A stretch of 17,556 nucleotides of DNA, taken from the NCBI GenBank assembly GCA_027053075.1, contig JALUEE010000022.1, forward strand, positions 1-17,556, given 5' to 3'. The notes beneath the pieces are model-generated. The model had not been told where the DNA came from, searched no databases, and saw only the letters and a list, made by a program, of their open reading frames with translations. The translations under genes and the position numbers were made by a program. Below, piece by piece: positions 1 to 9,111 of this stretch. The number at the start of each line of letters is the position of its first letter. Position 1 is the stretch's first letter. The stretch comes from a candidate division WOR-3 bacterium (GTDB lineage: Bacteria; Hydrothermota; Hydrothermia; B15-G9; WFZT01).

Positions 1-11
1 CCCCTCTGCCA
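1..11 (+). tRNA. Possible 3' end of a tRNA (tRNA-Ser-like) cut by the window edge
   Basis: Window opens with CCCCTCTG-CCA: an acceptor-stem-like 3' strand, G discriminator and CCA, followed by an AT-rich tract. Only 11 nt are visible. Confidence 0.25.
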
Positions 12-321
12 TTTTATTAACAACAACACGGTTATAAGCTGCAGTTACAGGGGGGTAGGTTGACGCTTGTTACTTCACATTACAAGTTTCACAAGCAATT
101 CTCACGGTCCTTATTCCTGCACCTTCAACATCTTCATACATGTCTCGCCGGATGACCGATTATCCTTTTGACCATTTCTCGCGAAGCGAGTGTTAGCAAA
201 CACTTTGTCCCACAGGCAAAGCCTGTCGGCGGAGAATCCAAATATTTCCCTCTCAAGCTTACTATGCAAGTGGAGAAGGGGGTGGTATGAAACATGCCTC
301 CTGAATATTTAAAAATTCAAG

Positions 322-505
322 ATGTAACCCCTCACCTGACCTCTCCCCGCAAAGAATTTACGCGGGGAGAGGAAGATTCTCGGGCTATGAGAAAAGACCC
401 TTTCTCAAACCTATTTCACTATGTCCCTGCATATCCAGAATTTTCAAATACTTCAAGACAAATTCCGCTCCTTTTCTTGAGCAAAGGGTTAGGGGAGAAT
501 GGAGA
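322..505. repeat. ~185-bp composite repeat (REP doublet, REPIN/BIME-like), copy 1
   Basis: Aligns along its length with 12653-12840: ATGTAACCC..CACCT..CCTCTCCCCGC-loop-GCGGGGAGAGGAAGATT...CAAACCT..CACTATG.CCCTGCAT..CA.AATTTTCA...GGGTTAGGGGAGAATGG. Palindrome at 340-372 has an 11-bp stem; the second palindrome (~465-489) is degenerate. Confidence 0.85.
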
Positions 506-605
506 AAAAAGCTCAAACTTTCGTAGAAGGACATTTAAAAAAATTTCTAATGTTCCTTTTTGACCATTACTCACGGAGCAAGTGAATCAGAAGTAAATAA
601 TTATC

Positions 606-634
606 CCCTCCCCCGCGCTCTGCGCGGGGGAGGG
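606..634. repeat. REP-like palindrome
   Basis: CCCTCCCCCGCGC-TCT-GCGCGGGGGAGGG, 13-bp stem. Followed by TTCCGCTTGAAA, as is the related palindrome at 13127-13159. Confidence 0.8.
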
Positions 635-730
635 CTTTCCGCTTGAAATTTTTAAATTTTGAGATAATTTCTGATCCCTATCTCATCATCCACAGGTGTG
701 CCCACAATGCGAAGAATGCAAGCCTAAGTT

Positions 731-770
731 CCCCTCCTTCCTCGAGGAAGGAGGGGTTAGGGGAGAATGG
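731..770. repeat. REP-like palindrome with GGTTAGGGGAGAATGG tail
   Basis: Perfect 26-bp palindrome CCCCTCCTTCCTCGAGGAAGGAGGGG (731-756) plus tail, nearly identical to 12797-12835. Segment 754-826 also repeats 486-560 imperfectly. Confidence 0.85.
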
Positions 771-858
771 GAAAAAGCTTAAATCTTCATAGAGGGTAAT
801 TTAAAAGAATTTCTAATATGCCCTTTAATTCAAATTTTCCGAACAGGCTCTTCTCACG

Positions 859-887
859 TTGACCTTTGAGGTGTTTGCGATTAAAAT
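859..887 (+). promoter_or_regulatory. Sigma70-type promoter of the Rrf2 gene
   Basis: TTGACC (859-864), 17-bp spacer, TAAAAT (882-887). Confidence 0.7.
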
Positions 888-910
888 AATTGACCATATT
901 AGTCAGGATT
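886..910. promoter_or_regulatory. IscR type-1-like operator (autoregulation)
   Basis: ATAATTGACCATATTAGTCAGGATT matches the E. coli IscR type-1 consensus ATASYYGACTRWWWYAGTCRRSTAT (recalled) at 21/25 positions by manual comparison. It overlaps the -10/+1 region. Confidence 0.65.
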
Positions 911-1339
911 ATGCTGAAGCTATCGACAAAAATTTTATACGGATTAAGAGCTACAATTACCATAGCTCAAAACGATGGTGTTCCCCTATCTGCAAAGGAA
1001 ATCTCGATCTCTCAGGGGATTCCTGAGCAGTATCTGGAGCAGATACTTGTGAGATTGCGCAAGGCGGGCATTCTCGAGAGTGTCCGTGGCCCCGGTGGAG
1101 GCTATAAGCTTGCCCGTCCACCGGAAGAAATATCAGTTTTTGATATTGCCGTACGACTCGAAGGACCAATTGGACTTGCAAAGTGTCTTGACCCTGAGGA
1201 GAACTACGAGTGTGATCGGAAGAACGATTGCATTGCCCGTCTTGTCTGGAGCCACCTCCAGCAACAGATCGAATCCACACTAAAGAATTTATCCCTCAAA
1301 CAGGTAATCCAGGAAGCAGAAGAACTGGGAATAATCTGA
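911..1339 (+). CDS. Rrf2-family transcriptional regulator (IscR-like, 3-Cys Fe-S motif)
   Basis: MLKLSTK..YGLRA, wHTH ISISQGIPEQYLEQILVRLRKAGILESVRGPGGGYKLA, C-terminal C-x8-C-x5-C. ATG 911 preferred over TTG 890, which lies inside the promoter/operator. Confidence 0.93.
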   Translation: MLKLSTKILYGLRATITIAQNDGVPLSAKEISISQGIPEQYLEQILVRLRKAGILESVRGPGGGYKLARPPEEISVFDIAVRLEGPIGLAKCLDPEENYECDRKNDCIARLVWSHLQQQIESTLKNLSLKQVIQEAEELGII

Positions 1340-1471
1340 TCCTATCTTTAACTATTTCCTGAAAATCAAACCGTTCGCAAAATTCAAGAGTGAGTGGGCT
1401 GGATTTCTGATCTTTCTTTGATGGAATGGGGTTCAATGATGGTCTTTGGCCATAAAAAAATGGCAATTTGA

Positions 1472-1512
1472 TAAAACCAGAGGGGGAGGCGCCCGAAGGG
1501 CGCCTCCCCCCC
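1472..1512 (-). terminator. Rho-independent terminator after rpoD (possibly bidirectional)
   Basis: GGGGGAGGCGCCC-GAA-GGGCGCCTCCCCC (1482-1510). On the minus strand it has a C(UUCG)G loop followed by TCTGGTTTT. Confidence 0.75.
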
Positions 1513-1537
1513 TTCTAATATATCCTAAGTTTCTAAA

Positions 1538-3223
1538 TCACCACGGTTTTTCCGGGGGTTCGATGAACATGCGGAGCTTTGAAGCTCGCATTGGATGCTG
1601 AAGTTTCTTTAGGGCTTTTACCTCGATCTGGCGGATTCTTTCCCTTGTTACGTTGAATATCTGGCCCACCTCTTCCAAAGTCTTCGGTGGCTGGTCACCA
1701 AGACCAAACCTGTACTCGATGACCTTTCTTTCCCTTGCGGAGAGTGTATCGAGTACCTCTTCGAGCTTTTCCTTCAAAAGATTCTCTCTTGCATATTCAA
1801 ACGGGGTTTTCTGGAGGTCATCTACGATGAAGTCACCGACAAAGTTATCCTTTTCCTTTCCGATAGGCTTATCAATTGAAATGGGTTCTTTTGCCGCATC
1901 TATTGCCTGTTTCACTTTTTCAATAGGCATATCGAGGTAATCGGCAATTTCCTCGACAGTGGGCTCACGGCCGAAATCCTGCATCAAAGCACGGGATGCC
2001 CTTGAGACTTTAGTAATGGTCTCAATCATGTGAATCGGCACCCTTATAGTTCTCGACTGATCAGCTATTGCCCTTGTGATGGACTGTCTGATCCACCATG
2101 TGGCGTAAGTTGAGAACTTAAAGCCCTTCCTGTAGTCAAACTTTTCTACAGCTTTTATCAAGCCTGCGTTACCTTCCTGTATGAGATCAAGAAATTCGAG
2201 CCCTCTATTCAGGAATCTCTTTGCAATTCCGATAACAAGTCGGACGTTGCCTTCCACCATCTTTGCCTTCGCATCCTCAAGGTCTCTAAATTCTTTTCGT
2301 ATCTTTTTGTAGGTTTCAAAGGCTTCCTCTGAAGTCATGCCAAGCTCTTCTTCGATTGCCCGTATCTCCTGCTGGATCTTTGTCATCCTTTCTGAGATGC
2401 CATTCAGTAATTTGCGACTCTCGCTATCAAGCCCACCGTTCTCACGTGAGCGAATCCAGATCTCAGCTGCATTGTCCTCAAAGTTCTTATATCTGTTTTC
2501 GAGTGCCCTGAGTTTCTTAACTTTTTCGTCAAACTCTTTGGAAATTGCAATTACCCGCTTGAACTGGGGCTTAAGATTGACGATTTTCCTCCTAATGGAC
2601 TTCATGCGGGCTTCTAAGGTTTCCCGCTCCTCGTCGGTTAGCTCCTTCTTATTCCAGTAAACCTGGATTTCTTCGTAAATTTTTTTGATGGATTTGAAGG
2701 CGCGATTGACCCTCTCCTTTTCCTTCTTATTTTTCTGTCTGGAGGTCCAGTACTGGGAATCAACCTGCACGATCTCCTCGATCTGGGTGATTCCCCTGTC
2801 GGTTTCATAAACGAGCTTCATGAATTTATTCAGGCCAAACTTTGTGTTGAAGAGTATTTTCATTATGTTTGTTCTTGCATCGTCAAGCTGCTTGGAGAGC
2901 TGGACTTCCTGCTCTTTTGTCAGGAGTCCAAGGTCGGAAATCTGCTTCAGATATGTTTTGGCAGGGTCATCACCGGAACGGAAGTAGTCATCGGCTGAGA
3001 TTTCGTCTTTCTTTTTCTTTTTCTTCTTCTTTTCTATGGTTTCTACAATTTCAATCCCGTTTTCCATCAGGGTGACCATTATGTCATCGATCATCTCGCT
3101 GTGGGAAAAGTAAGGAGGAAGCATCTTGACCACGGTATCGTAAGTCACCTTTTTCTGGCCATCAAGCTTCTTTACAATTTCCTCAATAACTTCTTTTTTG
3201 GTTTTAATCTTTATAACCGACAT
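1538..3223 (-). CDS. rpoD: RNA polymerase primary sigma factor (sigma-70)
   Basis: Region 1.2 [11 protein letters not shown], long non-conserved region, region 2 [35 protein letters not shown], region 4 [27 protein letters not shown]. Directly downstream of dnaG. Confidence 0.98.
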   Translation of the reverse strand: MSVIKIKTKKEVIEEIVKKLDGQKKVTYDTVVKMLPPYFSHSEMIDDIMVTLMENGIEIVETIEKKKKKKKKDEISADDYFRSGDDPAKTYLKQISDLGLLTKEQEVQLSKQLDDARTNIMKILFNTKFGLNKFMKLVYETDRGITQIEEIVQVDSQYWTSRQKNKKEKERVNRAFKSIKKIYEEIQVYWNKKELTDEERETLEARMKSIRRKIVNLKPQFKRVIAISKEFDEKVKKLRALENRYKNFEDNAAEIWIRSRENGGLDSESRKLLNGISERMTKIQQEIRAIEEELGMTSEEAFETYKKIRKEFRDLEDAKAKMVEGNVRLVIGIAKRFLNRGLEFLDLIQEGNAGLIKAVEKFDYRKGFKFSTYATWWIRQSITRAIADQSRTIRVPIHMIETITKVSRASRALMQDFGREPTVEEIADYLDMPIEKVKQAIDAAKEPISIDKPIGKEKDNFVGDFIVDDLQKTPFEYARENLLKEKLEEVLDTLSARERKVIEYRFGLGDQPPKTLEEVGQIFNVTRERIRQIEVKALKKLQHPMRASKLRMFIEPPEKPW

Positions 3224-4930
3224 TTAGAGAAGACCTCCTTTTCCCCTCAAATTTTTCTTAATTTCGGACATTCTTTTTAAAAAATAGTCCATTTCTTCTT
3301 TATTGTTTGCCTTTTTGGCCTCTTCAAATCTGCGTCGGGCCTCACGATAGTCTTTGCGGTATTTCCAGAAACGGATCTTTTCCTCAAGAAGTTTATAATT
3401 CTGGCTAATATTACCTGCCTTGAGGATGGCCTCACTTACAGAAACTCTCAAAATTTCACTTCCTTCTGCCATTATTTCTTCGTACCCAAGCCCCTTTTTA
3501 ATTGCTCTCACCAATTCTTTTGAAAGGGAATCACTAAAATCATCTTCATCAAAAAGTTCCGCCACAATCTCAATTAGTTCACGATTATTCAGTATGTTTG
3601 CAAGAATGATAAAATCCGCTGTTAACTTAACTTCTACCCTGTTTGACTTCTTATTAATACGTGGTTCATCCAAAAATTTCAACCCTTGGTTTCTCAAGGA
3701 TTCAACAGGGATTCCCGAGAGCTTAGAAAGGCGGGAAACATAAACGTCTCTTGTGATAGCATCAGGTATGCTGTAAATGTTTTTAAGAATCCCCTTAATT
3801 TCCTCGCTAAATTGAGCCGGAGAGTCTTTTACACGTTCCGCATTTTTATACTGGTAATCAATGAAATCCTCAGCTTCGTCAAGAAAGTGTTTTATGGTAT
3901 CAGGACCAAATTTGTCGATTATACTGTCCGGGTCTTCACCTTCTGGTAGGAGTGAAATGGTGACGTTTAAACCTGCTTTTAGGAGTATGGGGATGGACCT
4001 GTCAACTGCTTTTCTTCCTGCCTCGTCGCCATCGTATAGCAGAAGAGCATTTTTTGTGTATCTTCTAAGGACAAGTGATTGGTTTTCCGTGAGAGCTGTG
4101 CCCATGGGAGCAATAGCATTGGAGAATCCCGCTTCGTGCATTTTTATGACATCAAAATATCCCTCAACAACTATCGCAAAGCCTTTCATCCGGATGGTGC
4201 TTTTTGCCTGGTAAAGTCCGTAAAGAATGTCTCCCTTTTTGAAAATTTCACTATCAGGTGAATTTAAATACTTGGGCTGATTTTCATCGGATAGAGCGCG
4301 ACCACCGAAGGCCACAATATTCCCACCCGGTGTGAAAATGGGGAAAATAAGCCTGTTCCTGAAATAATCAATTAAAACACCGGAATCCGTTTTCTTTGCA
4401 AGACCAGCACTCATGAGAGTTGCTCTATCAAAGTTTTTCGAGATTGCCCTATTCACAAAAGATTTTCCATCAGGCGGTGCAAAGCCCAACTTAAAATTGG
4501 CTATAGAGCGGGATTTTATTTTTCTTTTTGTGTAAAGGTACTTGAGAGCATCTTTGCCTTCGGGTGACATGAGGAGCTGGTGATAATAATCAGCAGCAAA
4601 CTGAAGCGCGGCGTAAACGGGAGAGGTTTTTCGCTCCACCTCCGATGAAGGAATCTCAATGCCATATTCTTTTGCAAGTTTAAGAACCGCTTCTCTGAAG
4701 CTTAAGCCCTCGATATCCATGACAAAGCGGAAGATGTTACCGGATGCACCACAGCCAAAGCAATGATAGACCCCTTTGTCGGGATCGACGTAAAATGAAG
4801 GTGTTTTCTCCTGATGAAAAGGACAAAGGCCTTTGTAGGACTTGCCACTGGGCTTTAGATTGACATATCTGCCAATGTACTCAACTATATCAACGGCCTC
4901 GCGTACACGCTCTATAAAATCTCTATTCAA
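3224..4930 (-). CDS. dnaG: DNA primase
   Basis: Zn finger CPFHQEKTPSF...CFGC, FRNRLIFPI, PKYLNSP, TOPRIM EGYFD and YDGD. TTG start with GAGGTGG SD. Confidence 0.98.
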   Translation of the reverse strand: MNRDFIERVREAVDIVEYIGRYVNLKPSGKSYKGLCPFHQEKTPSFYVDPDKGVYHCFGCGASGNIFRFVMDIEGLSFREAVLKLAKEYGIEIPSSEVERKTSPVYAALQFAADYYHQLLMSPEGKDALKYLYTKRKIKSRSIANFKLGFAPPDGKSFVNRAISKNFDRATLMSAGLAKKTDSGVLIDYFRNRLIFPIFTPGGNIVAFGGRALSDENQPKYLNSPDSEIFKKGDILYGLYQAKSTIRMKGFAIVVEGYFDVIKMHEAGFSNAIAPMGTALTENQSLVLRRYTKNALLLYDGDEAGRKAVDRSIPILLKAGLNVTISLLPEGEDPDSIIDKFGPDTIKHFLDEAEDFIDYQYKNAERVKDSPAQFSEEIKGILKNIYSIPDAITRDVYVSRLSKLSGIPVESLRNQGLKFLDEPRINKKSNRVEVKLTADFIILANILNNRELIEIVAELFDEDDFSDSLSKELVRAIKKGLGYEEIMAEGSEILRVSVSEAILKAGNISQNYKLLEEKIRFWKYRKDYREARRRFEEAKKANNKEEMDYFLKRMSEIKKNLRGKGGLL

Positions 4931-4932
4931 AT

Positions 4933-6897
4933 CTACACCACCTCGTAGAGTGAATCGAGAGGCACCTCAATTTTTGTTTTTCCGACCCTTACATAAGCTT
5001 TATTGTCCACTATTTCCACCAGCTCTGCGGTAAACCCGAAGGGTTTTATTCTGTAAACTTTTCCGACCTCCGGGTTTTCAGCTTTCTTTTCAAAAATATC
5101 GACTTCCTGACGGATATTTTCAAGGGTCTTTTTGATTTCGCGTGCACGCTTGAGCTTTGCCTCTTTTTTCACCTCTTTGTCGAGGGTTTTGATAAGTTCT
5201 CTTATCTCCCTTTCACGAGATTCAACTATTGCTCGAACCTTTCTTTTTGATTCTCGGGTGATTTTTTCTTCCTGTTCTTTGATGAATTTTTCCTTCTCCC
5301 GAATTTCTTTTAAAAGGCTCTGGAGCTCCCTCTCCCTTTCCTTGAGCTTCCTTGTGAGCTCTGCCATCTCCTGATCGATTCCCTCAAGGTAGCTTTTTGC
5401 CTCGTCTATCAGGTCCTCTGGTATCCCTGAATTTTTCGCTATATCAAGTGCATGGCTTTCCCCGATTTTTCCGACCTCGAGCCTGTAGTTGGGTTTGTTG
5501 GTCACCGGGTCAAATCCCATCTGCGCATTTAACATCAATGGGTGTTTTTCGATGAAAATTTTGAGGGGTGAAAGATGAGTATTGGCAAAAACCCGTGCCC
5601 CTTTCTCTACGAGTCTTTTGATAATAACAAATGCAAGGGCTGCACCTTCCCTTGGATCAGTTGAAGCGAGGAGCTCATCCAGCAAAACAAGGTCATCCTG
5701 CTCTGCCTTCTCAAGGATTTCTCTGATCTGTCTCAGTAAGGATGTGAAAGAGGACTCACCCTCGATAATATCCTGCTGGTCCTCAAATCCACCGGTGAAG
5801 ATGTTTCCAACATAAGGAATCTTTGCGTACTCGGCAGGCACGGGTATCGCATGCTTCATCAGGAGAAAAATAACTCCTATAGTTTTAAGAAAAACCGTTT
5901 TGCCCCCGGCATTGGGGCCGGAGACAAGGAGTGCCCTGTATTTTGCAGGAAAATCAAAGTTAAGGGGCACGACTTTATCGTACCCTTTTGCCTTTAAAAG
6001 GAGCGGATGTCTTGCATTTCTAATGGTGATGTCACCGGTTTCTGAAAACTCTGGAATGCTGCCGTAAAAATCGGCCATAAACTCAATTTTTGCGTTCATG
6101 AGCTCAAGCTCACCAAGAAGGTCATAGATTTCCCTCAGCAGCGGGTATAGTTCATGCAGCTTGTCTACAAGCTCTCTCTTTATGCGCTCAATCTCCTCTT
6201 TTTCTGCATCAATGACAGAGATGTACCTGTTTTGCAGATCAATGGTCTCCATGGGTTCGATATAAACAGTCTCACGAGTATTGGAAAATCCGTGAACAAC
6301 CCCGTTTACCCGCGCATGTGTGGCAACCGGAAGAACAAATCTGCCGTTTACGATTGTGACAAGACGATCGCGGAGTAGATTTTTCTTAGAGTAATACTCC
6401 ATGAGTTCGTTCATTTTATTGAGGATCTGGTTCCGCAGGCTCTTTTTCTGCTGTCTGAACTTCATAAGCTCCGGTGTCGCATCATCCCTGATTTCACCAT
6501 CTGGCATTATCTTTTTCTTTATTTCGCGTCTGATCCCTCTTAAAAGCTGTGGGTCATGGGGAAGTGCAAGGGGTGTGTCCATGAGGGAGAAGTAGAATTT
6601 TTCGTAGGTTTCGAGGAAAACGGAGAAGTTGTAGATTTCTTTTGTGGTAATAGAAGCCCCTGCCCTTACCTTATCGAGGGAAGAGCTTAATGGAGGTATG
6701 TCTCCAAACGCAAACTGAACACCTTTTTTCTTCAAACCGAGGAGGAAGTTTAATTTTGAAAATTCCTCCTCTATCTCTTCCCTTGAATTGAGAGGGGCAA
6801 GTCTCTCAAGTGAAATCCTGCCAGGTTCTGATAAAAGGTAAGAGCCCAGTATCTCCTTTATAGAATCGAATTCCAGGCTTTTCAGGGCTGATATCAT
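4933..6897 (-). CDS. mutS2: MutS2-family ATPase (KOW-like C-terminus, no Smr domain)
   Basis: N-terminal LEFDSIKE, GVVHGFS..ETVYIEP, ARHPLL, Walker A GPNAGGKT, SSFTS, LLDEL..TDPREGAAL, TH motif, G.S.ALDIA, coiled coil, KOW-like end. Confidence 0.92.
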   Translation of the reverse strand: MISALKSLEFDSIKEILGSYLLSEPGRISLERLAPLNSREEIEEEFSKLNFLLGLKKKGVQFAFGDIPPLSSSLDKVRAGASITTKEIYNFSVFLETYEKFYFSLMDTPLALPHDPQLLRGIRREIKKKIMPDGEIRDDATPELMKFRQQKKSLRNQILNKMNELMEYYSKKNLLRDRLVTIVNGRFVLPVATHARVNGVVHGFSNTRETVYIEPMETIDLQNRYISVIDAEKEEIERIKRELVDKLHELYPLLREIYDLLGELELMNAKIEFMADFYGSIPEFSETGDITIRNARHPLLLKAKGYDKVVPLNFDFPAKYRALLVSGPNAGGKTVFLKTIGVIFLLMKHAIPVPAEYAKIPYVGNIFTGGFEDQQDIIEGESSFTSLLRQIREILEKAEQDDLVLLDELLASTDPREGAALAFVIIKRLVEKGARVFANTHLSPLKIFIEKHPLMLNAQMGFDPVTNKPNYRLEVGKIGESHALDIAKNSGIPEDLIDEAKSYLEGIDQEMAELTRKLKERERELQSLLKEIREKEKFIKEQEEKITRESKRKVRAIVESREREIRELIKTLDKEVKKEAKLKRAREIKKTLENIRQEVDIFEKKAENPEVGKVYRIKPFGFTAELVEIVDNKAYVRVGKTKIEVPLDSLYEVV

Positions 6898-7091
6898 TCT
6901 TCGGACTTTCTCATCTTCCGCAAGAGTCTCCTTCTGGCAGCCATCAGTTCTTTCTTCCTTTTCTCTGAAGGTTTCTCATAGAACTGAATCCTTTTCAGGT
7001 CCTGCATTATTCCATCTTTGGACAGAACTTTTCTGAACCGCTTCATCAGGCTTTCGAAGGATTCTCCGTCTCTCAAACGGACTCCTGACAT
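6894..7091 (-). CDS. rpsU: 30S ribosomal protein S21
   Basis: ESFESLMKRFRK...FYEKPSEKRK. Strong SD AAGGAGGTG. Confidence 0.96.
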   Translation of the reverse strand: MSGVRLRDGESFESLMKRFRKVLSKDGIMQDLKRIQFYEKPSEKRKKELMAARRRLLRKMRKSEE

Positions 7092-7131
7092 TCAAATCAC
7101 CTCCTTAAGTTTTATAAAGGACAGGGGCTCC

Positions 7132-7839
7132 TTACAGATCATCTTTTAAATGCAAAGTTATGCCGAGGGCAATCACTCCCGCAGTTTCTGCCCTCAGAAT
7201 TCTTTTGCCAAGTTTCACAGTTTCGAATCCCCAGCTTTTTGCCATATGTACTTCATCTTCCTCAAATCCTGACTCTGGCCCAACGAGAAGTAAAATTTTA
7301 TTTGCAAGCTCCTGATTTTTCAAACTTTTCTGAGCGCGCGGCTCAAGCATCAAAAGCGTATCATAATTTTCAAGAAACCCGGGGATTTTTTCAAACTCTA
7401 CAGGCTCATGAATATTGGGCAGCTTTGCTCTGCCCGATTGCTTCATTGCTGAAATTGCGACTTTCTTCCATCTTTCTACTTTTCCTGCTCCGGGTCTGTA
7501 TGACTTTGCAGTGATGAGAGGGATAATTTCTGAAACCCCCACCTCGGTTGCCTTTTCCACAAAATAGTCCATGCGCTCACCCTTTATAACTCCCTGCATG
7601 ATGGCAACATGGGTTTGAGGATCGGCTTCTGACGTGGTTTTTTCTTCGATTTCCAGTACTGCGATGTTGTCCTGGATTTCCTCGAGGGTGGCGAAATAGA
7701 CATTCCCCAGTCCGTCCACCACTCTCAATCTATCCCCCCTCTTACTCCGTGTGACATGGATGGCATGGTGAAATTCCTGATCTGTGAGGTAAATTCTGCC
7801 GTTTTTAATGAGCTCGGGTGGTGCATAATAGGTGATCAT
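7132..7839 (-). CDS. rsmE: 16S rRNA m3U1498 methyltransferase
   Basis: [49 protein letters not shown]. Follows dnaJ with an ATGA overlap. Confidence 0.96.
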   Translation of the reverse strand: MITYYAPPELIKNGRIYLTDQEFHHAIHVTRSKRGDRLRVVDGLGNVYFATLEEIQDNIAVLEIEEKTTSEADPQTHVAIMQGVIKGERMDYFVEKATEVGVSEIIPLITAKSYRPGAGKVERWKKVAISAMKQSGRAKLPNIHEPVEFEKIPGFLENYDTLLMLEPRAQKSLKNQELANKILLLVGPESGFEEDEVHMAKSWGFETVKLGKRILRAETAGVIALGITLHLKDDL

Positions 7840-9026
7840 CTAAACGCGTTTTTGATCTTTTCAAAAACACTTTCCTCGTGCCCCACCTGGCCGTTCCCCT
7901 CAAACTCTGCCAGTTTCTCGATCAATTCCCGCATTTCGGGTGTGAGTTTCTTTGGTACCTTTATCTCGACTTTGACATATAGGTCACCTCTACCACCATT
8001 GAGTCTCGGCATGCCTTTGCCCCTCACTCGAAATGTTGTGTGACTGTGTGTACCTGGTGGAATGTGGATTTTCACCTTCTCGCCAAGGATATCCTTAAGT
8101 TCAATATCGCCACCGAGGACGGCCATTGAGTAAGAAATAGGGACTTCAGTGTAAAGGTCATCACCCTTGCGCTTAAACCTATCGTGGGGCTTTTCAACTA
8201 CTGTGGCATAGAGGTCTCCATGAGGTCCACCTTTGTAGCCAGCGTGACCTTCTCCTCTCAATACAACGGACTGCCCTTCGTGTATACCACGGGGGAATCC
8301 AATCTTGAGCTCTACCTTTTTCTTTACGCGGCCTGTTCCGTGGCAAACCGGGCACGGGTCTTTGATAATCACACCTTCACCGTGGCATGTGGGGCAGGTG
8401 GTGGTCTGTACAAACTGGCCAAAGAATGTCCGCTGTACCTTTCTTACAACACCAGTGCCACCACAGGTTGGGCAGGTTTCGACTTTACCAGATTTTGAGC
8501 CTGTTCCATGACAGGCGTCACAAACCTCGTATCTCTCAAGTCTAACAGTTTTCGTTGCCCCTTTTGCGATTTCTTCAAGGGTCAGTGGAATTTTTATGCG
8601 AATATCCTCACCCTTTTGAGGTCCGTGGTGTGTAACTCCGTATCCATCCCTCCTGCGACGTGGACCTCCGAAAATGTCACTCATGAAGTCGAAAAATCCA
8701 CCACCAAAATCAATTCCAAACTCTCTGAATATGTCCCTTAAATCATCAAAATGTGAGAAATCGTGCCAGGTAAAGTCACCCTGCTTGAATACACCCTGAA
8801 GACCTTCATGTCCGTACTGGTCGTAGATTTTCCTCTTTTCAGGATCAATTAAAACTTCGTATGCCTCAGAAATTTCTTTGAATTTTTCCTCGGCCTCTTC
8901 TTTATTATCAGGATTTTTATCAGGGTGGTACTTTATGGCAAGACGGCGATACGCCCTTTTAATTTCTTCGGGCGTTGCGTTACGCGGAACACCAAGGATT
9001 TCGTAGTAATCTCTCTTCTTTTTCAT
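7836..9026 (-). CDS. dnaJ: Chaperone DnaJ
   Basis: J domain with HPD, G/F-rich region, four CxxCxGxG repeats, C-terminal domain. Confidence 0.99.
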   Translation of the reverse strand: MKKKRDYYEILGVPRNATPEEIKRAYRRLAIKYHPDKNPDNKEEAEEKFKEISEAYEVLIDPEKRKIYDQYGHEGLQGVFKQGDFTWHDFSHFDDLRDIFREFGIDFGGGFFDFMSDIFGGPRRRRDGYGVTHHGPQKGEDIRIKIPLTLEEIAKGATKTVRLERYEVCDACHGTGSKSGKVETCPTCGGTGVVRKVQRTFFGQFVQTTTCPTCHGEGVIIKDPCPVCHGTGRVKKKVELKIGFPRGIHEGQSVVLRGEGHAGYKGGPHGDLYATVVEKPHDRFKRKGDDLYTEVPISYSMAVLGGDIELKDILGEKVKIHIPPGTHSHTTFRVRGKGMPRLNGGRGDLYVKVEIKVPKKLTPEMRELIEKLAEFEGNGQVGHEESVFEKIKNAFR

Positions 9027-9067
9027 GTTGGTAAATAATAATGTTCGAGGGGATTAAAATCCATAGT

Positions 9068-9107
9068 TTGAAAGGGGGCGGAGGCAGCTTCGCTGCCTCC
9101 GCCCCCT
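9068..9107 (-). terminator. Strong hairpin between dnaK and dnaJ (terminator/attenuator or mRNA stabiliser)
   Basis: 16-bp perfect stem AGGGGGCGGAGGCAGC-TTC-GCTGCCTCCGCCCCCT (9073-9107), 4 nt after the dnaK stop, with a short U tail. Confidence 0.7.
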
Positions 9108-9111
9108 GATT

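Noticed and set aside
294..563. 89-aa ORF
   Set aside because: Runs through the REP doublet; the homologous copy at 12653-12840 differs by small indels and has no equivalent ORF in the track; no recognisable domain.
322..830. CRISPR array interpretation of the repeated palindromes
   Set aside because: Repeats vary in sequence and orientation, spacing is irregular, linkers are themselves repeated, and no cas genes are present.
890..910. TTG start for the Rrf2 gene
   Set aside because: Lies 2 nt after the predicted -10 box, before the likely TSS; Rrf2 homology begins at ATG 911.
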